Assembly: GCA_002633005.1 (NCBI GenBank)
Contig: NMRA01000229.1
Location: 395,044 to 446,546 of the forward strand
Reading direction: 5' to 3'
Length of the DNA: 51,503 nt
Origin: Phoronis australis
Taxonomy: Eukaryota > Animalia > Phoronida
Shown: piece by piece, positions 10,841 to 23,799 of the stretch
Layout of the letters: the number at the start of each line of letters is the position of its first letter
How positions within the stretch are numbered: the first letter of the stretch is position 1
Translations under genes and position numbers: made by a program
The notes under the pieces: generated by a model
What the model was told of the DNA's origin: nothing
What the model saw: only the letters and a program-made list of their open reading frames with translations
Databases searched by the model: none

Positions 10841-12474
10841 AGGAAAATGCCACCCGATTTAATTAGTCTTTTTACCGTCTTAATCGCTCTATTTCCACAT
10901 TGCCTCTTATACGGTCGACCTCACCTTGCAAAGAGGTGTCGCGTTAACCTGTGAGGAAGGTGAGAAACGACGTGGCGACGTCAGTGGTTCGTTTGCAGTG
11001 TGAATGCCGCTATTTTGCGGTGCATCGTTCCCACTTCTCCGAACTATGAAGCTGCGGAGAAAGCGGGGAAATCATTTTTTCCACTTACTCGAGAGCCCAA
11101 AATCCTTAGGAAGTGACTCGCGCGGTAGTGAAGAATGAAAGGTACGCTGTTAATAGCCAGTATGAAGCCGTCGTCGACAGTGATTTCTCTGACGAATTCC
11201 GGCTTACCAAAGAATTATCCATACGTTCCGTTGCCTGAGCAGGTTCACGACACCTCTCTAGTATTTCTTGATCAGTGTATTCCTGTTCGAACTGATAGCT
11301 TGTGAAACCCAACGATCCGACCCGTGAAGTCTTCGTCGGATGATCTCTTGACTAAGTCGGGATTGGCGCCGGGCGAGTTGCCATGTAGACGTTTATTATT
11401 CTGCGTTCTGTTTCAAAATGAATTATTCTCATCATAACCAATGCTTATATGAAACTGAAACAAAGTCTGTCTCATAAGATACAATTTGTAATGCCTTGGA
11501 GTGCTCGTGAGTGCAAATGTTTTTAGAAGCCAGCAATGAATAAACCACTGCCTTACCGGCTTTTGATGCCGGCAAACAAAGGTAACTGACCGGGCACCAA
11601 GGCCCGTGTGAGCGCATGCTAATTCAGTTTTTGCTGACAGAAATCTGTTGTGAACCAATTGCTCGATTTTATATGCTATGGTCACATGTTAGGGGAAACT
11701 TTATTTAAAAATACAAATACATTATTCAAATCATTGATACTGTACAACCTTTGCCCTGACGGTCTGTGGAAGGGGAACCCGACTTCGCGGACCCCGACAA
11801 GTAAGTAGATTTTCAGTTTCATGGCTATTTCACATCAATAATTACGTACACAATATTTCTTTGGCTCACTATTATAGTCTTTTCGTGACTGGAGGTTTAG
11901 TTTCCATCTCAAGTTGCTTGATGTTCGTGCCAGTCCCAGCGGCCGCGACGGGCCTAATCGGGTTCCGAGCCACTAGAAGGCATAACAAGCGTTTTGTGTG
12001 TTTAGAACTCAGAAAGTCATAAGTATAAACAACACAGATCTGGGTTTTCCTGTCTGTATTTCACGGAAGAATACATCGAATTGATCTTCGAACAGAAACA
12101 AACTCCTGCTGCGGAAATGGTAATTGGCCTGCCGACCTTTGGAGGCTACGGTGTGTCTAAATACCAGTAAATCCGTGACAGAGAAATAAAACAACACGTT
12201 TTTATGAGAACTCGGTGTGTTTTTAAGGGTTTTACATCGAAGTTTGATGATTTATTTGTGTTAAACGATGAATTCAAGCGATAAGCTGACACCACTAACC
12301 CGTGTTGTGAATTGCTAAACAGACTGCGTGTGAAACCAATTACGTCATTGGATAATTTCAACACCTCCCTCTGCCGCCAGGTGTCAGGTAACGCAACCGA
12401 ACGTGCCGTTATCGAGTAGAACTACTCGATCTAAATTGATACAAAGTAGGTTGTTTTTTGGGTGGCATTCTCCT
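10841..12474 (+). mobile_element. Kolobok-like non-autonomous DNA transposon, complete copy (1634 bp)
   Basis: TTAA TSD (10837-10840, 12475-12478). 15-bp TIRs AGGAAAATGCCACCC / GGGTGGCATTCTCCT (14/15) with RR..YY ends. THAP remnant on + (~11020-11150: CIVPTSPNY..GKSFFPLTREPKILRK*L). Second-gene remnant on - (~11200-11384: GFTSYQFEQEYTDQEILE). Confidence 0.88.
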
Positions 12475-13525
12475 TTAAGACCGCAGCCAGTGTAGTATAA
12501 TGAGCTATCGAAAATACCAGCAAGAAAGAGACTTCAGCGACAACACATGGCTTCTAAATTTGAATTAAATCGACGATCCATGAAAATGATTTCAAAACAG
12601 TCTTTTCATTACATTGACTACTAAACAATGCTTTCAAAGAAAAGCATCAGATGTGTTATTAAAACTCTTCTTTAATCAAAACAAACTAGAAATAGTCACC
12701 ACAACTCTTTCAAATAGCCACCCGACAATTACAGTAACATCCATGTCAGAGGCCCTGATCACTGCATTGCCATTTGAGTTGGCTAAGTGAAAGGTAAGAG
12801 GCGTGTCGCCCTCTTGATGGAAACTTTGAGAATCCGGTGGATGTTCTGCTGCTATGGTACCACTGTAAGAAAGGCGAATTCAGTTGTCGCCGTGTCAGAA
12901 AACAAGTGTTTCCTCACAAAAATGGTCCGTATACATGTACATGTACAGGTGTAGGTCTTTCCGCCATTCTTGTACGAGGAAGGTTGCAGACTGTCCTTAA
13001 AATGTCCCGTTCTGCACATCATGATTTATTCAACAAGACATTTCAGGCTGTTAGACTCGCGTTATGTTGTTTTACGGAAAGAAGTTACATTTGCCATAAA
13101 CAAAAAGTTTAGGCCCTAAAACAAGTGTGTTCAAGTAACTTTTATATTCTGTTCCATTTACCTATAACTATTGTTATATTTAGTACTTGACTACACACGT
13201 GAAGTTAAATTTTAAAAAATCAAAAGTTTACCTTGTAAAAGAACCCACTCCAGTACTTCATGCTGTTGACAGCTGCCTATTGCCCCGGTCTTTGCGGATT
13301 GTGCCATTTTTTTAATTTTCCCGCCATTCTGCCACACCACTTCAATGTCTCGCTTTTTGACGCACGACTAAACTGAAAAAATATCATTTACTTTGTAATT
13401 TCCCTCCCGACATAGCCATATTTTCCCGCTTGACTAAAATGGAAACAAGAACAACGCACAGCGTTGAAATGCGCCCACAAATGCACTGCAAACGGTGTGC
13501 TTCTAGGGTTGTTTATTTGTATCAT

Positions 13526-14370
13526 AAAATGGCCACTAGGTGGTGAAAAATACTTGAAAAAATGGGAAAATGTACCGTTTTTCAACTGAAAGCTATTTAC
13601 CACAGTTCATAAAAATCCGTTAGGAACTTTAGAGAAACAGAGGAAACATAAAAAATGAAATTGCCCCTGCGGGGCAGAGGGTTCATCGGATACGTCTGAA
13701 AGTTTTTGTCTTTAGTGGCAACTTGATATAAATACACTTGCTAAATCCTTCAGAGGGCTTAGAAGATACAGCAAAAAACTGCCCCTAAGAGGCACCACAG
13801 TAACTGAAGTCGGAAAATCAACAGCCCTCTTCACACTAAGAACATATAAGCCAATTTTAACAATTATCCTAAGAATGGCATGGTTGACGGAGGGCAGACA
13901 CCACAAAACAGACTAGAAAACAGTAAAAATGCTCCTTAGATGGCGCAAAATTTGTTGAATCCGTCTGAAAACCTGAAAATGCCATCGTTTCTCTAAAAGA
14001 AAGCTATTTACCAAATTTCATGAAAATTCGTCGAGGAATTTCAGAGAAACAGAGAGAAACTAGGGGGCGCAGTGTTCGTCTGATCCCTCAGAAAGTCGTC
14101 GTCTTCCGTTGTTAACTGCATATAAATACACGTGCTAAATTTAATAAAGATCCTGCAGAGGGCTCAGGAGATACAAGTATGGGCGTAAAAAAGTGTCACT
14201 AAGAGGCTCCACAGTAGTCGAAGTCGACGGAAAATCATCAACCGTCCTCTTCATAGTAGGAACATACATGACAATTTTCACAATCATCCTTAGAGTGGTT
14301 TGGTTGACAGAGGGGCGGACACCAAAACACGCATTCGAAAATAGAAAAATGGCCACTAGATTACGCAAAG
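13526..14370 (+). repeat. About two tandem ~410-bp units of a HINE/Helentron-associated-like repeat
   Basis: AAGCTATTTACCA.A.TTCAT.AAAAT occurs at 13590 and 14001, with colinear similarity downstream. It shares motifs (AAATTTCATGAAAAT, GCCACTAG.GGG) with 16060-16410. Confidence 0.7.
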
Positions 14371-14391
14371 AAGGCAGCAATTTATTGGTTT

Positions 14392-15248
14392 AAGTTTAAA
14401 TATATCTAGGGTATTCCCAGTTTTCCATCCAATGAGGATTAAGACACCATACTCTGTGTTAACTTCTTGTTTGTGAAGTTAATGCCTATTGGCTGTTATT
14501 TCTGGAATTTAGAACCATTTCTTCACAAGCAAATTATCAATTCAAGGAAAAACCAGGAAGCGTGTTAACTTTGTAGTGGTTGTTGTCATAGGCAGATTTA
14601 GGGGGGGGGCCCAGGGGGCCCGCCCCACCCCCCCTTGGCTGCTGCAAAAAAAAATAAAACAGTAAGAGCGTAGGGAAATGGTGAGTTTATTAATTAACCC
14701 CGGTAATTAAAATTGTACGGATGAAAAAGATTTAAATTGTGCAGTTTTAGTGTGGGGGGGCTCAAATCTAATTTCAAGTGTCAAATTCGGAACACGGTGC
14801 GTTCGTAACGGAACTATGGCTAAGTATAGAATCTCCCGCGATATCCTAGGCGACCGGCAGCGGCGCTGTACACTACGACTCCGTTTCCGTCGTCTGCTCC
14901 ACTGTGCAATGAAGAAAATTTACATCATTTTTTAAAGAAAATGGAACCTGAGTGACGATGAAAAAACAGAAGCTGCTGGTAAGATGTGAATTTTAATCGA
15001 AGCCTTAGTGAATCACTCAGAAACTCGCAATACTCTCTTTGTCAAACCTTATNAAGTTTAAATATATCTAGGGTATTCCCAGTTTTCTATCCAATGAGGA
15101 TTGAGACACCATACTCTGTGTTAACTTCTTGTTTGTGAAGTTAATGCCTATTGGCTGTTATTTCTGGAATTTAGAACCATTTCTTCACAAGCAAATTATC
15201 AATTCAAGGAAAAACCAGGAAGCGTGTTAACTTTGTAGTGGTTGTTGT
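14392..15248. other. 195-bp direct duplication (14392-14586 and 15054-15248) joined at a single N; probably two haplotypes
   Basis: The copies differ at 2 visible substitutions, N lies at 15053, and only the first copy is followed by a TE end. Confidence 0.8.
14587..15052 (+). mobile_element. Left end of a hAT-like element, truncated by the contig break
   Basis: Begins CATAGGCAGATTTAGGGGGGG, the same family as the 2607-2925 MITE end. The insertion point is defined by the empty copy at 15248/15249. Confidence 0.65.
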
Positions 15249-16059
15249 GGTAACTTTTGAAAGGTTATAAAGATATTCCTCCCTGAAATATAGTATGTTT
15301 GTTTGATTTGAAGACAAGAATGAAGCTAATTGCCCTGAATTGTAGCCTAATTGGTGTTACATAACACTGCTGTCACCACTTAATCATCTGCTAGGGTGCT
15401 CCTGTTTATTTTATTTGAACTGACCAGAAACAATAACAAAATGTTCAATTACTAGGAACATTCTACTCTGTGACTAGCACTGTGCACACACTCACTTGAA
15501 ATTGCTGCCTTGATATTATATGGACATCATCTCTGCTGCTCTCTCACAGTTCTTGAAGTTTTTATTATGGAGGATAGTGTGGATACTGATGACACTGGTC
15601 ACATTTAGATATAGACTTCAGGGATTATGGATATGATAGTGTGGATACTGATGGCACTGAGTGGTCAGATTTAGATACAGATTTCAGTGATCTAGTTTAT
15701 GATGAGGATATGCTACACAGAAAACTTTCTTGACATGTTTTCTGGAAATTAAAATGGATTATTTGTAAACAAACGTCTTTGTTTCTGGAAAACAAAAAGC
15801 AAAACTACACGTTCAACCCTTTATGGATATTGAACTTGGATAAATTTTATATCAACATGAAGCTCATTTACTCAAGATGTATTGCTGAAAATTTGGTAAG
15901 TATATGTTTACTAATGACTGAGTGATGAGGTTTTAATTATGTGCAGTGCTTGTGACCTAGTTATGAGTGAAATACCCTCCGACTTCAAGGGGTAGACATT
16001 CTACACCTCAGCCAGGCCACTAAGCAATTTATTCCATATGGTGCTCAGGGTCGAATGAG

Positions 16060-16410
16060 TTACGCAAAATACCTCGAATCCATCCGAAAACTACATGTAG
16101 ATGATTGCGTCACCTCATTAATAGATGCCTATGTGCCAAATTTCATGAAAATGGGTTGAGGATCTTTGAAGATACAGAGGTAAAAGTAAAATATTAAAAT
16201 TGCCACTAGGGGGCACAACGGTATTCGGGTAGGTCCGAAACTCCTTGCCCTTTGTCGCCAACCCCATAGGAACACACCTGCGAAATTTCAATAACATCTT
16301 GCAAGGGGTTTAAAAGATACAGCCGGGGACGCCGGAATTCGGACGCCCGGACGCCCAGACAGAGATGACGGCAATATGCACCCACATATAAATATATGGA
16401 CGCATAAAAA
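16060..16410 (+). mobile_element. HINE/DINE-1-like (Helentron-associated) element, 3' part
   Basis: A core unit followed by a GGACGCCC/GACA microsatellite-like run, an imperfect terminal hairpin (ATGCACCCACATAT..ATATATGGACGCAT) and AAAAA. Related fragments lie at ~19320-19510 and ~48000-48150. Confidence 0.6.
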
Positions 16411-16414
16411 GTCG

Positions 16415-17905
16415 GTTTCTATAGCTCATTATGCTTCACTAACAGCAGGCTTAATCATCACTCAATGAATTGTTTGTTGACAATTCCTCGTATCCTAAAG
16501 TTTTAGTTTTATTAGGTATTTTCCAAAATGCTTACCTTCCGCCATCATCCATTTGACACTCGGTGTGACGCTATTATTAATGTTAAGCAAGGAGAGAGTT
16601 CAGTAGACGCGAGAGTATTGCGGAAATACAAGAATTCCCTATGAACTGCAAACTAGCACGGGATCACAACACGGGGAATAGCTTCCAAGGAATGATTGGC
16701 CGATGCGTTGACGTCATTAAAACGAAGGCACACCTTATTTATTTTCACAGGCGTTGTAGCTGCCATTGTTTTGGTTAGTGTTTGAACTAAAGGTTGTTTG
16801 CGTACTTATTTTCAATTCTTTTTTATTAATAGCATCCGATAGAAATTAATCTATTTTCTTATAAAATACATCATTTTTGCAATAATTTAGACCGAAATTG
16901 CTGTAATATACCGTTAGTTTTCATTTTTATATTCTACTGCAAAAAATTTAAAGTTGATATAACTTTATATTCGTGATATTCCGGCGATTTCCATACAAAT
17001 GTGTCAGAATTCTGACACAGTTCATTTCCCACAACCAACTTCCTCAAATGCCTAAACCGATCAGCGCCATCTTGAGGCTTGGGGACGAGGCATCAGCCTT
17101 TACTAACCAGTAACTTCAATTTGAATCACATGAAATTGTTTATTGTGGTACCTCGAATGTATGAGCTAGCTCCTTTTTGGGTATCGATTTTGAGTTCCTG
17201 GCGGCCCTTTCCAAAAGACAATTTGTCTATCATGTGTCATTCAGTGTTCATTGCGGCACGATTATTGATTTTTTAAATCTGAACCAGTAGCTCGAATACC
17301 CAGTGTAGCTCAAACTTTCAATGGCATACCGTGTACAAGATTTTTGGGGATTCTGGCAGGCACAACTCAAAATGCAATTTGTCTGTCATAGGACATTTAG
17401 TGACCAGTGACATGTATTCATTGACATGGAATTGGTTTTTGTGGTACCTCGAATGTATGAGCTAGACCATTTTTGGGGTTCCTTTCTGGGTAACTGGAGG
17501 ACACTTTCCAGAGGGCAGTTTGTCTGACATGGGTCATTCGGTGTTCAGTGCAGTAATATTGCTGTTTTAACTGGTACCTGGAATATCAAATCTACACTAG
17601 CTGAAACTTTCAATGGCATACGGTGGTTGACATTTTTGAAGTTCATGGGGGGCACAAACCAGAGTGCATTTTGTCTGTCATGGGGCGTTTAGTGAACAGT
17701 GACGTGTATTGAATCACATGGAACTGATTTTTGTGGTACCTGTACCTCGAAATGTATGAACTAGCTAGTTTGGGGGTATTTGGGTTTCTGGCGGACCCTT
17801 TCTGGAGTGCAATTTGTCTGGATTGGGTCATATTCGGTGTTCAGTGCGGTACTATGGTCCGTTTTGAATCAGTTTTGTTTGGTACCTCGAATATATAATC
17901 TACAG
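16415..17905 (+). repeat. Interspersed repeat carrying about three tandem ~292-297 bp units (17100-17905)
   Basis: TTA(C/G)T.A.CAGT.AC at 17100, 17397 and 17689, each followed by ..GTGGTACCTCGAATGTATGA.CTAG...GGGTCATTCGGTGTTCA.TGC. Confidence 0.85.
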
Positions 17906-19535
17906 TGTAGTTAATTTTTAGCCCCCTTGTAAGGTCCACAGGCATCACATCTACAGTGCAGACAACTGCAGACGCCCATTTCCGTATATACTGAAGTAGA
18001 CTCTAAGTTACCCTAAGGTCAGATGTTGGTACCTCTTTCATCTATGCTAATAGCTCTGGGTTGCCGGTCTGTCAAGAAATGGCCTATGAGGAAACATCAG
18101 CAGCAACGGAAAAAGTAAAAACTGCGATCGTCCACTATCAAAGTCAATGTCGATCATTGGCGCCGTGATCGAATTTTAACACCTCCGTTATATTTCTGTC
18201 AAAAACAATCTACTGCGTACGGCCAAACCTACCGTGAAGTCATCGAACCTGTTTCTCATACATGTAATTCTCAAGAAATGCCACACAGCAAAACCAAAAA
18301 CTCCTACTACTTCTACAGAATTTGAGGACGAAACTTTTATGAACTCTGCAAATCTCTTCCATACCAGTAACCACAACGTATTCCATGCTAGTCGCGATTG
18401 TTCACCGACAATTTAATAATTTTATAAAAACTGGAAAAGGGGGAGACTTGATTCCATCAACGGGGAGGGGGGAGGGGCTCAAACTCTGGTTATGTTCCTA
18501 AACTTCCTGGTACTTCTTCAAAGAAGATTCCCGACTTTTGTAGTCAGTTTGTTTCGTCAGAATCAATAAATATCAGTATTTCATAGTCCCTCATGCAAAA
18601 GAGGGACATCTTAAAAACAATGGCTAACAGCGTAGTGGAGAGCAGTGGATACAGCATGGTATATGAAAGTTTCAAATGAATCCGATCCTAGCCACTTTTG
18701 AGATATGGTGATCCGAAGTTGACAATGGAGTTTTTCCAGTTTCAAACAAAACCTTTATATTTTTGAAACTCTGGTTACATTTGTGACTGCCTTGAAAAAT
18801 GACCAGGTGGCTTCTCACATAACATGTATGTCGCACACGGCGAGCAGAGGTTGTCGATTATGACGTCACGACGGGCCCTCATCATTTTCAACACCATTCA
18901 TACTCCACAATAATTTACTAATTAAATAGGAGTACATCTGACAAAGCTTACACACGCTGAACTAAAAAATAATATCAAAATTTATTTTGAAAACACGTAT
19001 TCAAACTTTAATAATTACTCATTTCGTTGACGTTTAGTCCTTGCACAATGTCCCTCAAACCATCGCTTGGGGGAAATTGATTTGTAAGGCTTTCAGCTCA
19101 GGACCGTGTCACACCAAACCCCAACCGGAACACTTCGAATAATTCCGTATATTCCAAATTCCCCTCGAAGGTACTGAGATACGGAACACTATCCTGTCGT
19201 ATCTCGTGCGTGAAAGGTGTTTGGCACGTTCACTCAATACCTTAATAGTGTCACCTAGCAAACGGTGACCTCTGAACTGATTAGTCGGTGAGGTAAGAAT
19301 GTTGAATTATGGGATATTATTCATGGGCAATCCACTCCATAACCGAAGGTCCGTCAAGGAACTTCAAAAATACAAAGGGAAAGGATAGAAACAAAATTGC
19401 CTCTAGGGGACACAACGAACATCGGATATGGCCGAAAGTCGTCTACATTGGTCGCCACGTTCACAGAAATATTATCCCAAATCCTGCAGAGGTTTTAGGA
19501 GATAAACCCCAAACGCAATGACTAAACTCCCAATA

Positions 19536-19999
19536 GTATGATGGGCCGTTGGGGGGAAAATGTCGTCGGAAAAATACGAGCGTAATCATGTACATTACGC
19601 CGTTATTTACGCCGTTGATTACGCAGTAAAATTACGAGCGTAATTTAATTCTTAACGGTGTAAAATTACGCTCGCGATTTAGTTTTAATTATTAGCCAAT
19701 GACGTTCGCTTTTACAACTCACCGTTCCGCGCGCTCGTGGAAATACTTATTTACTGACGGGTAACATGTCTAAGCTACGAGCGCTAAATAATGGCGCATC
19801 AAATCGCTGCTGCAATGTCAGCGATTGCGCAAGAACGAGCTGCCCAGCAACAGTCGTGTATGTTTGGTTAACACTGATTGGTTTAAATTAGGAACGTTCT
19901 CAAAGTAATTTACGAGCGTAATTTACGGCGACATTTCCCCCCATTAAATTTACGGGCGTAATTCTACGCCGACACTTTCCCCTCAACGGCCCAACATAC
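19536..19999. mobile_element. MITE with ~30-bp TIRs and repeated TTACG..CGTAA motifs
   Basis: GTATGATGGGCCGTTGGGGGGAAAATGTCG pairs with CGACACTTTCCCCTCAACGGCCCAACATAC. It is flanked by the direct repeat AATA, or by CAATAG if the ends are 19537/19998. Confidence 0.85.
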
Positions 20000-21654
20000 A
20001 ATAGGTCCGGGGACATCAAAGTAGTCGGAGCAGTCCGCAAATAATCGTCAACCGTGCTCTTCCCAGGAACATGGTTAGACTGAAGCTGAATAAACACGGC
20101 GAGGGACCACTTCGGAGATGTGACCACAGCGCATGAAGTTCATGAGTACGACTGAGTTACCGACTTTACACAATGCAATGAGACTACAAGATATAATGAT
20201 TAAACCTCATCTGTGGACCATAGTTCCAACAACAAGTACTTGTAGGCTTGGCAGTTGCTGCTAGTAGTCACCTTCTTAAAGAAAGTCAACTAAAGCCACA
20301 TGTTGTAGTTACGCAATAGAATGATCAATTCAACACAGTCTGCGCCAATTGGTCCTATTTTCGACACTCAAGCACAAAGTTAGACATCGGAAACAAAATT
20401 GAGACTACTACCATGATGAATAGTGCGCAAGTGACTCACCTCCTGGTCACATGAACAGCTTCAAAGCCTGTGTATGTTGATGGCATCTTCAAGACAGTGG
20501 CCTGCTATCACATGTATTTTCAATGACTGCGTTCGACAGGTGTACAGCTGGAAGTGTTGGCGTAAAGCTCGGCATCGCTGCGGTGGTTCTGCATGAAAAT
20601 AATTAGGCGATCCTATGTCTAGGGGAAAGCAAGCTGTGCTTAAGTAATTTGACACGTGTCAGTGTTTTTGTATAAACTGGTTGAAGTAGTATCGTAATTA
20701 GCGCAAGATAACTGGTTCTCTGGTGAAGCTTTTTCCCTTGAAAAGTGGATTTTGAAATTGTATTATTGTATTTGATATCAAGAACAAATTGTTGGTTAAT
20801 TTTATCAGATTCTTTCCTTAACCCCCTGTACATTTTAGACTGAGCCAAGCAGAAAACAGTGCACTCCATGTAAGACTTTCTTGACGAGTCGGTACTTTTA
20901 GCCAAATATCTACAAAACTGTAGATTTTATCTTCGCAAAAGTGCAGATTTTCTGAAACCAGAAACCCAGTAGAATATGATTGTTCCATTTATACCAATCT
21001 GCCATTAATAGGCTCACGTGAGAACACGTTTAGTAAATTAAGCGTATCAAAAAGAAGGGACTTTCATAGCAAATCAACAGAATCAGTTACGAAACCAAAT
21101 GTTATAAATGTTTAAGAAGAAATCTCAAAAACGAGGTTGCGTTTTTCAAACTATCGTTTCGCTTTAGTTATATGCAGCCTTTCACAAAATTAATTAGTCC
21201 TATTTTTGGTCTGCATGCAAAAATGGAACACCAAGTGTTTTCAGAGGAGAACAGTGCATCAAGAAAGTTTCGTATAAATCCGTTTAGTAATATGATGTTC
21301 CCAAGTTGGCAAAAATTGATAATTTTTCTTTGGTCCTACATACGATGTATTAACCTCAAATTGAGCCTGTTTATGTATTAAGGTATTTAGTGTAAACGGT
21401 TGTCCTTGATTAAAATTTTCACTGAGTTGAAGTAAGTTTGTTTTTGTTTTTCAAAAGGCGTTGTTGTAAACCCTTCGTCGAGGCACGTCGTTTACTGTTT
21501 AACCAAGGTTTACAGGTAAGCTACATTAAGATAAGGCTGGAGCTTAAGGTTATGTACCCTATAAAAATGGTCAACTTGGGTTGACTTCGAAACAACACAT
21601 CTCCTTAATGGCTGATAGATATACATGTAGAATGAAACTTTCAGATACTATATG

Positions 21655-21815
21655 CTTCTAGCAACACAACTATCTCCGCTACTACTGCCACTACTTACCG
21701 CTACTATCCCCACTATAATAGCCTACCACCGCTACTACCGACATACTCCCGCCACTGACTACTACCAACACAGCCACCGCCACCGGCGCTACTGCTGCTA
21801 CTACTACTACTGCCA
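21655..21815. repeat. Degenerate (CTA/CCA/CTG/CCG)n trinucleotide repeat
   Basis: Directly visible. Confidence 0.85.
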
Positions 21816-21879
21816 ATTCAAGGCAACGCAAGGGCGGATCCAGGATTTTGAGTTGGGGGCAGGGCAATCCATATCCACA

Positions 21880-23472
21880 TCACATCGCCTCGTATACGGT
21901 CGACCTCACCTTGCCGAAAGGTGTCGCGTTAACCTGTGAGGTAGGTGAGAAACGACGCACGGCGACGTCCGAGTCAGTGGTTCGTCTGCAGACTGAATGC
22001 CGCTAGGCCTATATTGAGGAGCATCGTTCCCACTTTTACGAAGTATGAAACTGCGAAGAAAACGGGTGTATCGTTTTTTTCGACTTCCTCGAGAGTCCGA
22101 AATGGTTAGGAAGTGGCTCGAGGTAGTGAAGAATGAAAGGTACGCTGTCGACAGTGATTTCTCGGACGAAATCCGGGTTACCAAAGAATTATCCATACGT
22201 TCCGTTGTCCGTGCATGTTCACTGTGCCTCTCTAGTATTTCTTGATCAGTGCATTCCGGTTCGAACTGATAGCCTGTGAAACCTAACGATCCGACCCGTG
22301 AAGTCTTCGTCGGATGAGCTCTTGACTAAGTCGGGATTGGCGCCGGGCGAGTTGCCATGTTGACGTTTATTATTCTGCGTTCTGTTTCAAAATGAATTGT
22401 TCTCATCCTAACCAATGCTTATATGAAACTGAACCAAAGTCTGCCTTATTAGATACCAATTTTTAATGCCTTTGCAGTATTTGTGAGTGCAAATGTTGAG
22501 AAGCCAGCAATGAATAAACCACAGCGTTACCGGCTTTCGATGCCGGCATCAAAGGTAATTGACCGCATGCTAATTCAGTGTTTGCTGACAGAAAGCTGTT
22601 GTGAAACAATAACTCGATTTTATATGCTACATGTACGATCACATGTTAGGGGAATCTTTATTTAGAAGTAAAAATAAATTATTCATATCATTGTTACTGT
22701 ACAATCTTTGCTCTGACGGTCTGTGGAAGGGGAACTCGACTTCGCGGCCCCCGACAAGTAAGTAGATTTTCAGTTTCGTGGCTAATTCACATTAAATAAT
22801 TACGTGCACATTATTTCTTTGACTAACTATTGTAGTCTTTTCGTGACTGGAGGTTTAGTTTCCAATTCAAGCTGGTTTACGTTCGCCTGTCAGTCCCAGC
22901 GGCCGCGAAGGGCCTGATCGCGCTCCGAGCCACTGGCAGGGATAACGAGTCAGTCCGCATCACGACGGGCCTGATCGGGTTCCGAGCCACTGGCCGGGAT
23001 AACACGCGTTTTATGTGTTTAGAACGCAAAACATCACAAGTATAAACAACACAGATAGGTTCTCCTGTCTGTATTTCACGGAAGAATACTTCGAATTCAT
23101 CTCCGAACAGACCCCAAGCTCTTGCTACGGACCTTGGTAGATTGGCCTGCCGAACTTTGTAGGCTGTGTCCAAATACCAATAAAACAACAGGTTTTTGTA
23201 AGAACTCGGTGTATTTTTAAGGGTTTTAGATCGAAGTTTGATGATTTATTGGTGTTAAATAATGGATTCAAGCGATAACCTGACACCAGTAACCCGTGTT
23301 GTGAACTGCCGAAGAGACAGCGAGTGAAACCATTTACGTCGTTGGATAATCTCAACACCTCCTTCTGCATGCCGTCAGGTATCAGGTAGCGCAGCCGAAC
23401 GTGCCGTTATCCAGTAGAACTACTCGATCTAATTTGATACAAAATGGGTTATTTTTTGGGTAGCATTCTCCT
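21880..23472 (+). mobile_element. Second copy of the Kolobok-like element, left TIR lost
   Basis: Colinear with ~10895-12474 and ends GGGTAGCATTCTCCT+TTAG. THAP remnant FFRLPRESEMVRKWLEVVKNERY; on the - strand GFTGYQFEPECTDQEILE. It has a ~58-bp internal duplication at ~22895-23003. Confidence 0.85.
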
Positions 23473-23799
23473 TTAGATTTTTTGCACTCTAGTTGCCGGA
23501 GTCAGAGAAATGAGTTGTTGTCTCACGTGACCATCACGAGGAGGTGCAGCCGCCTTGCATAGCAAGGCGTCAGTGATTGTTTGAAACGTAGTATTATCGC
23601 CAGCGTAAAAGACAAGACGACATAACTGGCGCGGACAGAAGTACAACGATGAAATCCGTCTGCACTCGGCTATAAGATGCTTGCTCAAGCTGAGTAACTT
23701 TTTTAGAGTTTTCTAGCTGCGCGACAGCCGACAAACTTTCTCTCAAGCAATGGCATTCCTAAAAATAACTCACGGTCTTACGGCACATTTTACGGATTT

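Noticed and set aside
10837-12478. piggyBac assignment from the TTAA TSD
   Set aside because: The ends are AGG..CCT rather than CC..GG and a THAP remnant is present, which fits Kolobok. The 24262-28993 element has GAG ends and Sola3 motifs.
13109-13140. Zator-like terminus (TTAGGCCCTAAAACAAGTGTGTTCAAGTAAC), with a similar word near 6105-6143
   Set aside because: No partner TIR or coding remnant was found.
15565-15900. Acidic ~62-bp duplication followed by an NP(L/F) motif and a GTAAG donor; possible transposase first exon
   Set aside because: It is too degenerate to assign.
21652-21939. 95-aa ORF with a signal-peptide-like start
   Set aside because: It is a translation of a trinucleotide repeat running into TE sequence.
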